Below, piece by piece: positions 1-8,885 of a DNA stretch of 11,954 nt. This stretch comes from Candidatus Hodarchaeota archaeon (GTDB taxonomy: Archaea; Asgardarchaeota; Heimdallarchaeia; Hodarchaeales; Hodarchaeaceae): positions 1 through 11,954 of the forward strand of contig JAHQWW010000120.1 in the NCBI GenBank assembly GCA_029856365.1, given 5' to 3'. The stretch's first letter is position 1. Each line of letters begins with the position of its first letter. The notes beneath the pieces are model-generated. The model saw only the letters and a program-made list of their open reading frames with translations. It made no database searches and was not told where the DNA came from. The position numbers were made by a program, and so were the translations under genes.

Positions 1-1
1 T

Positions 2-3000
2 TGGTTAACGAAAGCTGCTGTAAGGTGTCTCGCAACTGATCCAAATAATGAATGGATAGCGGTCGGTGGTGGGTACCTATATGACAACGAGATCCATATT
101 TATCGCTGGAATGATTACACCAGAGAATACGATAAAGTGTGGGATTCTGGAGATCAGATCATTCAAGGAGATGTTCTTTCAATAGATTTTGGGGATACAG
201 ACCATAATGACTTTCTGGAAATTGTCTGTGGTAGTGCAGACGGTCATGTGTATGTTTTTGAACAAGAACATATTTACGATCCTTTTGACAACATGGAGAA
301 TCAATTTGTACATGTTTGGACCAGTCCTAAACTCCAACAAGTTTGGGGAGTCAAAATCGCTGATGTCGATAAAGATTACCTCCCTGATATTATTGCAGGG
401 TCTTGGGATGAAAAAGTCCATATCTATGAATACACAAACCATTCAGGATATCCATTCTCGAAACAACATTGGATTGAATACACAGAAAAAACAACCATTG
501 ATGTTGGTGAAAAGATATTTTCTATCGCCACAGGAGATACAAATTACAATGCCCTCCCTGAAATCATAGTTGGAACCCAAGAAGGGCGTGTTTATATCTA
601 TGAGAATAATGGTACCATTTTAACGATCAATGGTGAACCCTGGCCTCTCACACACGATAATTCCTACCGTTACCACTGGGATACTGGCAACACTAGTTGG
701 AAACCAATTCTCCGGATCATTGTAGATCAACTTGATGATGATTTAGCAGATGAAATTGTATATATTTCAGTAGGACAAAATGTTTTTGTTGTTAATTGGG
801 ATAAAACTATAGGTAGAAAGGGACGATATCTTACCCATCAGCTCTGGGAACCTTTAGATTCGTGGGAGCTTGGTGGTCTTGAAGGATTAGGTCATTATCT
901 CAATCACTACATCGATTGGATGACTTGGTCAAACAACAACAATACTGGTAACGACGATGAACACGTTTACAATGATGAGGGAGCATATAGGGTTCTAGAA
1001 CCATATCCATACCCATGGATGCCACAGTGGCCAAAAAATACTTCGATGGCAATAACGCGAAAACTTGATCCTTGGGGAGAAGGGCTAGATACTTGGATAG
1101 ACGGAGTTCATATTCAATATGACCCAGCTGAGAATTATACAACATTTGAGGCTTTAAATACCCTCGCAAGTGCCATCGTCGATTGGGGGAATGATGGAGA
1201 GGTTATGGGAGATGGATTATGGGCTATTCAAGAAGCAGACCTTGGTTACGATGTCATGTTGCGATTCCATTGGAACACAATACCAAATTTAAACAAAATT
1301 TCCTTCGAAATATCTCGAGGTGATGGTGAATGGGCATTAATACCTAAGGAGGATATTTCTTTAGCTCATGTAGCGTTGGATACTGAAGATGATGATCTTT
1401 GGATAGATATTGATCCTATTTTATCTAAGAATCATTGGGCATATTTCCGTTATATGCGGATTAATGTTACAAATAATGGTTACTTTAAAATTAAGGGTGG
1501 TTACGCTCCTATCCTCTATCGACCAATGGATACTGCTACTTCCATTACCATTGGTAACTTAGATTTAAGCTATTATAAAGCTTACACAACAGGCGAATCA
1601 GAGGGAAAGAAAATTGTCCTCGGCACATCTGACGGTAAGATACTAATGTTTGAATATAATTCAGCGACAAAGGGATATGATGTTCTATGGAATTCTTATA
1701 AGAACGATACTTATACTCAAGGTACAAATATCTGGGATATAGTGGAAGTAAAAAGTCCAGGGAAAATCCCCACTTGGTTGTATAACGAGTCTAGTAGCAA
1801 TATTTTAGCAGAAAATCTCGCTTGGACACTTCAGAACGAGGGATGGGGGAATTTTGCAGCTATGGATCATGCTAATTTAGTTAAGTCCTTCTTTGAAACT
1901 CTCTTCGGATTTGTAACTGATTTCTTCCCTGGCCTGGAAGGCGTTATTGAACTCAATATTCCTGCTAATGATCTAGTTGTGGGCACAGATACGGGTGATT
2001 TGGCCGTATTCTCAGCATTAACTGGTGAATATTCCGACATGGGAACGTACTTCTTCATCACTACTATTGCTGATCCATTCTATGATGATACGTCTGTTTC
2101 CCCCACTTTTGTGGACTTTCTAGACAGCAATCCTCTTGATATTCTTGATCTTATGAAAGAGGAAACAATGTTGCTCAGTTGGGTTAAGAATGACCAATTG
2201 TATAATCCAGAGGAATTTGGAAGTAGAGCATTTGCTGGGATTGATGTTTATACTTATGAATTTCCTACTGTAACCCTTCCTCTTCCTCCACCATACAATC
2301 AGTATGGAAACTTCATGATGAGATTTGAGCTAGCTGAAAGGGAAATTACTGGATTACTTTCACGTGCCTTAGAAAAGTCCATGAATATCCCCGATATCGC
2401 AACTGGAGATGTTGATGGTGATGGTGATAAGGATCTTATCCTGACAAATGGACGAATTTATTACCTTGAAAATATTATGAATAACATATTCATCTTAGAA
2501 CCCGAATATTTCCTAGATCTCAACCTTCAAACCACGAATAAGCTCTATACCTCTCCCGAACTTTATGATTTTGATGGAGATGGTGATTTAGACCTCTCAG
2601 TTGGCTTTTCTAACAGAGAAGGTGCGACATACTTCGAAAACATTGGCCATCGTTGGGCTCCAGAATGGAAAGAAAACAAGTGGCTTTTTACAAACTCATG
2701 GGGTGGATTATGGTATAACAATTTAACCTCCCCGACATTTGCCTTTGATGATTACGGTCGTGTCAGTCATCTAACTACTTATAATAATTATACAGAGGAT
2801 ATCGTCCAACTTAAAGCCGAATATGAAAACCATAATGCTTTCGTCATCGGAACTAACCCTATAATTGCACGTTTAGAGATGAATTTGAAATCTGGTACTG
2901 ATTCTCATGGGAACATGCTTGCTAACTATGGTTACCATGTGTTTGAAACTTGGAATACTGAAGCTGAATTAGCTCGCTGGACATTAACGCTTAAAACAGG

Positions 3001-6000
3001 TGATATGGATCAAGATGGGCGAGGAGAAGTAATTGTTGGCGACTATGACAACAATATGTACGTATTTGAACACTTAACGAATAATACGTATAAACGAGCT
3101 TACCGTGGACAAGATATGACCCATACTGAGCTCTCAGCCACCTCACCATACGCTTGGCAAGAATTAGAGGGTGTGAGCGGTACCTTCTATCGTACAATTT
3201 GGGATCACATCGAAGAATTAGTAATAGGATTAGATATGGATAATGATGGCTTCCTTGAAATGGTTGCTACTGCTGGCTTATCGATTTTCGTTTGGGAACA
3301 AAGAAATGATGGATTTGTCAGTATAGACGATGAATATACCCTCATTTGGCAAGCTGATCTGAAACAGTCTGCTTGGGCACCTCTCTTCAAAGCATTAGAA
3401 ATCGATCATTTCACTGCAGCTGCTTTCGGTGGTGACTTAGACTATAATGGTTATGGCGAATTTATACTTGCAGCGGGCAGTTTCTTATTCGTTTTCGAAT
3501 CGAATGGCGCGGATCAATTTAATGACAACTTCCTTGTTAATCCATACCCCGTACGTGGACGATATTTTGTACCAGGCAATCCGATATCATCACCTGCCGT
3601 AAGAACGTTATCTATTGAAGCCATAGCGGTGGGTGACACTGATAATGATTCTTTAAATGAGATTATCATTGGAGGTGTCAATAAAACTTTATGGGGTCAA
3701 TATAATGGATTTGTATGCATTTTAGAGAACCAAATTGGCACCTATGATTACACTTGGTGGGCACCAAATCGTCTTATGGAAGATAATCCTGTTTACGACT
3801 TAGAAATTGATAATCAAGATTATGATCACTATAAAGAGATCATTGTTGGGACGTTTAAAGGCATAGTGATTTATGAAAACGCACCAGGCAGTTCTAGAGA
3901 CAACAATTATATCGAACGATCAATTCTTACCAGTTATGTTAATTTTCCGTTTATTAAATTAAAGCAAATGTTTGATCTAGAAGCAAAATACCCATTAGCG
4001 CTAAGGAACACTGATTTTCTTGAGTTACAAAATGATCACCCTGACGGCGATTTCCACAGAGGTGATTGGATTCAAATTTTCAAAGCTGGCAATCGACTCT
4101 TCTGGGCCACAAGTGATGATAATGGCACCACTTGGAACCAACACCTAATGGTAACAACTAATCAACTCACTATTTCCGGCGGTACATACATTAATACTAT
4201 TTATGAATATCATCCCTCTATATACCAAACGCGTGATGGGCGTGTTTGGTTGTCATTTACAGGAAAGCTAACGTTCTTAATAGGTCCCGGACCAGCACCT
4301 GTTGAAGGAATCTGGTTGTTACATCTAGAAAAAGTTTCAAATACATATTATTGGAGAAATGCTGAAGGTAATGTCGCCATCGATGGGAGCTCCCCTGCAT
4401 ATTTATTATACAATCCTAGTATTTGGGATTATCATAACAATACGGAGCAAGGTGTAGCTATTTCCTACATGAATAGTTCAGATGGAGGTATTTACTGGAA
4501 AGGCGACTTTAATAGCCCCGCATCAGCCCCTCTAGGGGATTACGGACAGATTCCTAACATTGGAAAAGATCCAAGCACAAATAAGTATCAAGCCTTTTAT
4601 CACGATGCAATACGGTCTTTCAGCGATAAAGTCATTGTGGTTTTCAGTGGTCGTTGTTATGCTGAAGCCAAAGTCGACCTTGATTTGTGGATTGCTAAAT
4701 CAAATAGTACACCTATCTGGGATAATCAATCCCGATATTCTAGAGCAACAATAGACGGTATTGATGAATTAAATCCATCAATCACCCAAACAGTCACTCC
4801 AGATCATACTCTTCTAGTAATATTTGAAGCTGATGGGTATAGCCCCTCTGGTGCATTACAAGTGACTTATTCTAAGGATGATGGTGAAAGCTGGCGAGAC
4901 CCAGAACCAATTTCAACAACTCCACCTTTTGCTGAATATATCCACTATCCAAAATTCGGTTTCAGCCTTCTTGTCTTAAAGGATGATCCCTATGTTCTTG
5001 TTACTTCTCTTATTTCAGTAGGGCCAGCAATTACCGCACATTATGAAGGTGGATTTGCATACTCTTTCATGGCACAATATAATTTGATTGGTCTCGGACA
5101 CCTTTCAGTTTCTGGTCGAACTTCATCGCTCAAAACCGCAGATCGCGGTTATTCAGCAGCAGGGACAACCACAACAACTACTTACACAACAGGTGATTTA
5201 TCAGCACATTCAGGAATGGTTCGTCAAATTGGTGGTAGTTTGACTACTGGAGGAGGCATGGTTAGTTATCAAGGAAAAGTGATAGGCTCCTATTCTACTA
5301 CCACAAATGATGGAGGTGGTGGTAGTGCTCTGTATTACGCAGCCGCTTCTCCTGCCGTGGTAAACTACAATGTACCGATTGTAACAGGGGAAGAAGAAGG
5401 TGTTGGTAGTTATGGTGGAAATATCCTTTCATATCAAGCAGATGCAACGGGGACTGATGATCCTGGAAGTGATGAGAATACAGGTGGCGGGTATCCTCCA
5501 GGGCAAGGGGGCGGGATGATGCTAGCTGCTGCTTCCAATTATGATGGCTTTAATTTCCACTCTGATACAAGTCAAACGGATCGTGGTTACTTCAACAATA
5601 TCTTCTTTGGTTTGAACCCCTCCTCAAATTTCACATTATTTGATTTTAAAGAAGTCAGGGCACTTAGTACTGGTGATTCAGATAAAGATTACCGTCGTGA
5701 AATTGCCATTGCCTCTGGTAATCAGGCTTATCTTGTGGAAGTGGCACGAACAGGTGGTTCTGATGACCCCGAAGATCAAGTACTTTTCTATTATCAACCC
5801 TGGTATAGCGATGGTTTAGCAACAGAAACTACCGATATTGAGCTTTACGACGCTAATAGTAATGGTATGGATGAAGTTATTGTTTCTTGTATTGAGGGTA
5901 ATGTTTATAGCTTTGAGGGACTCAATACCAAACCTCCAGCCACTAATTATCTATTCCTTGATGGAATGGGGTCTTTCGATCCATTATGGTCTGATGTTTC

Positions 6001-8872
6001 GTATAACGGAAGTGTTTCTAATCTAGAGCCTCAGCCTGATGTTCTCATGGATACAGCTGATCTTGATCAAGATGGAGTTGATGACCTCTTTGTTACTGGA
6101 ATGGATCCAGACCAAGTAGGGGACAAAGGTTTTCCTGCCATCAGAGCTATTAATGGTTCTTCCAAAGAAACGGTCTGGACTATTGACCTCTCTGTATACA
6201 TGAGTGTAAAATCAACTTTCATCACTTTGAAGTCTGTAGATCTCAATCTTGACAACATTTCTGATGTTATTTTCATAGCTCATGATTATGAGAGTGCTAT
6301 CACTAGGCTTTTTGCATTAAACGGAATTGGTGGTTCTTCGTTTTGGGTTCCTTTATCGCTACCCAGTGGAAATGTTATCGAACCAACTTCGGTAGACATC
6401 AATGGTGACAATGGTTCGGATATTTTGGTTGCATATGATGACACTGTGCTTTTTGTGAGAGGTACTGATGGATTCAATGAAGAATTTTACTCCCTTGATG
6501 ATTCTGAATGGGTTATTGAACACATTTCTGTTGGTAACGACACCCTTGTCATATCAGCACGGAAAGAAAATGCTCCCAACGGAACAGTTGTGTTAATTGA
6601 CTTTGATAAGACTGTTATTCATGAAAGTATCCGTAACAATTCTTTGTGCGGTTTAACTGCAACTTTACTTGACGTAACAAATGATGGGAACGAGGAAATC
6701 ATCATTGTTGAATCAGGGGTACTTTTCATTTATGGTATGAATGAAAATGGTTCATACATACAACTGTGGAATAAAACAGTTGATGGTGCTGTCGGAAATT
6801 ATGTAGAGACTCTGAGATACGATTTCAACGGCGATACTTACCAGGATGTGATGTTTCAAATTAAAGTAAACTCGAAGAAGCAAACATTTGAGAATCTTCC
6901 TGCTGGTAAGGTTGGTTATCAGATCGAAGGATTGAATTTTTCTAACTCTGGAGGAACTCACTATGGCTGGACTGTATGGGCGGGTAGTGGTCAGTACACA
7001 CCACATTCAGGCCAAAATGTTGTCTATACTTATGAAATAGATAATTTCATAATTATTGAAGAAAAAGCTAATTGGGTTTCTGCTTGGTTCTCAACTGGTT
7101 CTTACTCTGATAATTTTGTATGGTCTGCTTATGATGAAAATGGAAAATTACTTGATACTGCATTCTTTGCTCCTAATACACCGAACCAGTATATCCAATT
7201 AAGAAATGTTGATGGTCGGATCTATAGAGTTCAAGTGAGTGGAACTGGGGCTTCAGGATGGAATTCTCTGTATGTATTGGATGATTTCTCTTATGGTTCT
7301 TCAGGACCCTCAACGAAATTAATTGCTTTCTCTGGATTGTCCATGGAATTTTTATGGGAATATCATCTATGGAATACTTATGCAACTGAATTCTCTCAGG
7401 GAGATCTTGATCGTGATGGAGAATCTGACGACTTACTTTTCATTACTGAATACGACCCTGGCTTTCCTCATTCGGGCGCTGTTTCAGCTATCGATGGAAC
7501 ATATGGAACACCCTTCTGGAATGTTCAGATGTATGGTAGTGCTATATCGGTCGCCGCGGGTAACTTCGGAACATTCGGAGAAGCAGCTATTCTCAACGCA
7601 AGCTGTCATGTCTTTATAGCAACATATGTCCGGTGGACACCTACTTATTACCAAGAGATTGCTATTCAGAAGAATGGAACCTCAACTTTTGAATCAAGAG
7701 GTAATGTCGTTGATATTGCTGTGGGTGATTTTAATAATGACGGTGAAGATGATGTCGTTTTCGGTGATACCCAGAGATATCTCGTTGCTCTTGAAGGTTC
7801 AAGCGGAGATATGATCTGGAAATACCGTACTTCTTCCTCTATTCAGCAAATTGCTGTTGAAGACATTAATGAAGATGGTTACAGTGATATTGCGGCAGCT
7901 CTTAAAGACGGAATGCTTGATATAATTAATGGTAGGACAGGCTTACTTCTCTGGAAAGATTATATTGGCCCAGTTATTGTTAATGAGATGGCATTTATTG
8001 ACGCTACAGGTGATGGTAAAAAGCAAGAATTAGCGATTAGTATGGGATATCGCTTCAGTAATCTCATTGGTCGCTTTATGATATATAATACAACGGAGGA
8101 TAAGTCTGTAGGCCATGGACTACGATTGTGGGAACGTTATAGTGGGAATGGTCCATTCACACAATTTGAAGTGGCTGATTTAAACCTTGATGGAACCAAT
8201 GATTTTGCTGTGGCTGTTTATGAACACTCAATCTGGATTTTTGATGGTTTGTTGTCCATTCAGAATGGAAAAGGTACTCTGATCACTCTGATACCAATCA
8301 ATGTCCAAGATTTTCGAATCGGTAAGTTCTTTGCTGATCCATTACCTCAGATTGCAGTGATTGTCCGAAATGGAACTATAGCTATCTATCAAGGAGTCAC
8401 CGGTTGGACTAGTTACATTCAAGATGCCACTATGAAGACACATCTAATAATTCCCTTCCGTCTGTCACACATGGCTGTTGGCGACTTTAGCGGTGATGGT
8501 TATGATGATATCGTTGTCCGATCCTTTGCTGATGCTAGTTATTGCCTTGATGGTGCGAACCTAACAGATATTCTCTGGACCTTTGAAGACTGCTCATTCT
8601 TCTATCTCGATAAATATCAAGTTGCTGACTTGAATGATGATTCCATTTTAGATATTCTCACTACAAACTACGATAATATTATGGCATTGAGTGGGGAAAA
8701 GCAAAAACCAACACAAGTTATCTGGGCATCGTTCATTCCTACCAATCTCATACTCTCGACGACTATTGGTGACTTCAATGGGGATGAAATCCAAGATATC
8801 GCCTTAGGAACTGCGGATCATTGGGTGTACATTCTTTATGGTCAAGAGGAGTATTTAATCGAGCAGAAATAG
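2..8872 (+). CDS. Giant extracellular FG-GAP/VCBS repeat multi-beta-propeller protein with Asp-box (BNR) and lectin-like inserts; 5'-partial
   Basis: The frame of the 137..8872 ORF is stop-free back to position 2 (WLTKAAVRCLATDPNNEWIAVGGGYLYDNEIHIYRW...), which already reads as a propeller blade, so GTG137 is not the real start. More than 20 D-x-[DN]-x-[DN]-G-like Ca2+ loops are each followed by a hydrophobic strand (e.g. GDVDGDGDKDLIL, YDFDGDGDLDLSVG, GDMDQDGRGEVIVG, GDFNNDGEDDVVFG, GDFSGDGYDDIVV, GDFNGDEIQDIALG). Stop is TAG at 8870-8872. Confidence 0.93.
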   Translation, partial: WLTKAAVRCLATDPNNEWIAVGGGYLYDNEIHIYRWNDYTREYDKVWDSGDQIIQGDVLSIDFGDTDHNDFLEIVCGSADGHVYVFEQEHIYDPFDNMENQFVHVWTSPKLQQVWGVKIADVDKDYLPDIIAGSWDEKVHIYEYTNHSGYPFSKQHWIEYTEKTTIDVGEKIFSIATGDTNYNALPEIIVGTQEGRVYIYENNGTILTINGEPWPLTHDNSYRYHWDTGNTSWKPILRIIVDQLDDDLADEIVYISVGQNVFVVNWDKTIGRKGRYLTHQLWEPLDSWELGGLEGLGHYLNHYIDWMTWSNNNNTGNDDEHVYNDEGAYRVLEPYPYPWMPQWPKNTSMAITRKLDPWGEGLDTWIDGVHIQYDPAENYTTFEALNTLASAIVDWGNDGEVMGDGLWAIQEADLGYDVMLRFHWNTIPNLNKISFEISRGDGEWALIPKEDISLAHVALDTEDDDLWIDIDPILSKNHWAYFRYMRINVTNNGYFKIKGGYAPILYRPMDTATSITIGNLDLSYYKAYTTGESEGKKIVLGTSDGKILMFEYNSATKGYDVLWNSYKNDTYTQGTNIWDIVEVKSPGKIPTWLYNESSSNILAENLAWTLQNEGWGNFAAMDHANLVKSFFETLFGFVTDFFPGLEGVIELNIPANDLVVGTDTGDLAVFSALTGEYSDMGTYFFITTIADPFYDDTSVSPTFVDFLDSNPLDILDLMKEETMLLSWVKNDQLYNPEEFGSRAFAGIDVYTYEFPTVTLPLPPPYNQYGNFMMRFELAEREITGLLSRALEKSMNIPDIATGDVDGDGDKDLILTNGRIYYLENIMNNIFILEPEYFLDLNLQTTNKLYTSPELYDFDGDGDLDLSVGFSNREGATYFENIGHRWAPEWKENKWLFTNSWGGLWYNNLTSPTFAFDDYGRVSHLTTYNNYTEDIVQLKAEYENHNAFVIGTNPIIARLEMNLKSGTDSHGNMLANYGYHVFETWNTEAELARWTLTLKTGDMDQDGRGEVIVGDYDNNMYVFEHLTNNTYKRAYRGQDMTHTELSATSPYAWQELEGVSGTFYRTIWDHIEELVIGLDMDNDGFLEMVATAGLSIFVWEQRNDGFVSIDDEYTLIWQADLKQSAWAPLFKALEIDHFTAAAFGGDLDYNGYGEFILAAGSFLFVFESNGADQFNDNFLVNPYPVRGRYFVPGNPISSPAVRTLSIEAIAVGDTDNDSLNEIIIGGVNKTLWGQYNGFVCILENQIGTYDYTWWAPNRLMEDNPVYDLEIDNQDYDHYKEIIVGTFKGIVIYENAPGSSRDNNYIERSILTSYVNFPFIKLKQMFDLEAKYPLALRNTDFLELQNDHPDGDFHRGDWIQIFKAGNRLFWATSDDNGTTWNQHLMVTTNQLTISGGTYINTIYEYHPSIYQTRDGRVWLSFTGKLTFLIGPGPAPVEGIWLLHLEKVSNTYYWRNAEGNVAIDGSSPAYLLYNPSIWDYHNNTEQGVAISYMNSSDGGIYWKGDFNSPASAPLGDYGQIPNIGKDPSTNKYQAFYHDAIRSFSDKVIVVFSGRCYAEAKVDLDLWIAKSNSTPIWDNQSRYSRATIDGIDELNPSITQTVTPDHTLLVIFEADGYSPSGALQVTYSKDDGESWRDPEPISTTPPFAEYIHYPKFGFSLLVLKDDPYVLVTSLISVGPAITAHYEGGFAYSFMAQYNLIGLGHLSVSGRTSSLKTADRGYSAAGTTTTTTYTTGDLSAHSGMVRQIGGSLTTGGGMVSYQGKVIGSYSTTTNDGGGGSALYYAAASPAVVNYNVPIVTGEEEGVGSYGGNILSYQADATGTDDPGSDENTGGGYPPGQGGGMMLAAASNYDGFNFHSDTSQTDRGYFNNIFFGLNPSSNFTLFDFKEVRALSTGDSDKDYRREIAIASGNQAYLVEVARTGGSDDPEDQVLFYYQPWYSDGLATETTDIELYDANSNGMDEVIVSCIEGNVYSFEGLNTKPPATNYLFLDGMGSFDPLWSDVSYNGSVSNLEPQPDVLMDTADLDQDGVDDLFVTGMDPDQVGDKGFPAIRAINGSSKETVWTIDLSVYMSVKSTFITLKSVDLNLDNISDVIFIAHDYESAITRLFALNGIGGSSFWVPLSLPSGNVIEPTSVDINGDNGSDILVAYDDTVLFVRGTDGFNEEFYSLDDSEWVIEHISVGNDTLVISARKENAPNGTVVLIDFDKTVIHESIRNNSLCGLTATLLDVTNDGNEEIIIVESGVLFIYGMNENGSYIQLWNKTVDGAVGNYVETLRYDFNGDTYQDVMFQIKVNSKKQTFENLPAGKVGYQIEGLNFSNSGGTHYGWTVWAGSGQYTPHSGQNVVYTYEIDNFIIIEEKANWVSAWFSTGSYSDNFVWSAYDENGKLLDTAFFAPNTPNQYIQLRNVDGRIYRVQVSGTGASGWNSLYVLDDFSYGSSGPSTKLIAFSGLSMEFLWEYHLWNTYATEFSQGDLDRDGESDDLLFITEYDPGFPHSGAVSAIDGTYGTPFWNVQMYGSAISVAAGNFGTFGEAAILNASCHVFIATYVRWTPTYYQEIAIQKNGTSTFESRGNVVDIAVGDFNNDGEDDVVFGDTQRYLVALEGSSGDMIWKYRTSSSIQQIAVEDINEDGYSDIAAALKDGMLDIINGRTGLLLWKDYIGPVIVNEMAFIDATGDGKKQELAISMGYRFSNLIGRFMIYNTTEDKSVGHGLRLWERYSGNGPFTQFEVADLNLDGTNDFAVAVYEHSIWIFDGLLSIQNGKGTLITLIPINVQDFRIGKFFADPLPQIAVIVRNGTIAIYQGVTGWTSYIQDATMKTHLIIPFRLSHMAVGDFSGDGYDDIVVRSFADASYCLDGANLTDILWTFEDCSFFYLDKYQVADLNDDSILDILTTNYDNIMALSGEKQKPTQVIWASFIPTNLILSTTIGDFNGDEIQDIALGTADHWVYILYGQEEYLIEQK
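854..1530 (+). other. Inserted beta-sandwich, discoidin/F5-8 type C (galactose-binding-like) resemblance
   Basis: Motif order AIVDWG ... FEISRGDGEW ... FRYMRINV parallels the xVDLG / xSxDGxxW / RYVRI pattern of F5/8C-like domains. No FG-GAP loops in this span. Confidence 0.45.
1751..2833 (+). other. Inserted VCBS/FG-GAP-like unit of about 5 blades
   Basis: Blades begin with a Pro-containing strand (SPTFVDF, IPDIATGDVDGDGDKD, SPELYDFDGDGDLD, SPTFAFD) and end in YLEN / YFENIGxxxAPEW. This differs from the flanking blade type. Confidence 0.55.
3935..5650 (+). other. Inserted Asp-box (BNR)/sialidase-like 6-bladed propeller
   Basis: Asp boxes SDDNGTTW (4112-4135) and SKDDGESW (4871-4894). Blade-start motifs HPSI, NPSI, NPSI and GPAI, plus two degenerate starts (NTDFLEL, YHDAIRS). 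Confidence 0.7.
5980..8842 (+). other. Protein domain region: 16 FG-GAP/PQQ-hybrid blades (probably two 8-bladed propellers)
   Basis: Ca-loop blades end in A[IL][DNE]GxxGxxxW Trp-docking motifs (RAINGSSKETVW, FALNGIGGSSFW, SAIDGTYGTPFW, VALEGSSGDMIW, DIINGRTGLLLW). Sixteen units counted by eye, a few degenerate. Confidence 0.65.
6881..7294 (+). other. Inserted CBM/MAM-like jelly-roll domain
   Basis: A ~138-aa span rich in aromatics, bracketed by TFE at the start and YVLDDFSY at the end with an internal PHSG. This is typical of Ca2+-binding lectin-like jelly rolls. It interrupts a blade between DVMFQIK and TKLIAFSG. Confidence 0.55.
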
Positions 8873-8885
8873 GAGAAGAAGGTGA
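8871..8885 (+). promoter_or_regulatory. Ribosome-binding site(s) for gene 2, overlapping the gene 1 stop
   Basis: AGGAG (8871-8875) lies 6 nt before GTG8882. AGGTGA (8880-8885), a form common in archaea, lies 5 nt before ATG8891. Confidence 0.6.

Larger units (their letters stand above)
2..5920 (+). other. Protein domain region: 14 FG-GAP-type blades (probably two 7-bladed propellers) interrupted by three inserts
   Basis: Recurrent unit hxxhxxGDxDx[DN]xxxEhhhGxxDxxhYhFE...YxxxW. Seven copies lie in 2..~2960 (some degenerate or split by inserts) and seven in ~2978..5920. Counted by eye. Confidence 0.65.

Noticed and set aside
137-139. GTG137 as the start of gene 1
   Set aside because: The frame is open to position 2 with blade-like sequence, and no signal peptide follows GTG137.
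1316-4066. Two RGD tripeptides in gene 1 (1316-1324 and 4058-4066) as integrin-ligand motifs
   Set aside because: One or two copies are expected by chance in a ~3000-aa Gly/Asp-rich protein.
5100-5590. Intein or mobile element as the source of the in-frame inserts
   Set aside because: No C/S…HN-[CST] splice junctions, LAGLIDADG/HNH motifs, transposase or terminal inverted repeats were seen.
5980-8842. PQQ-dependent dehydrogenase or rhamnogalacturonan lyase enzyme call
   Set aside because: Only the structural blade motifs are visible; no catalytic signature (e.g. the vicinal Cys-Cys of quinoprotein alcohol dehydrogenases) was found.
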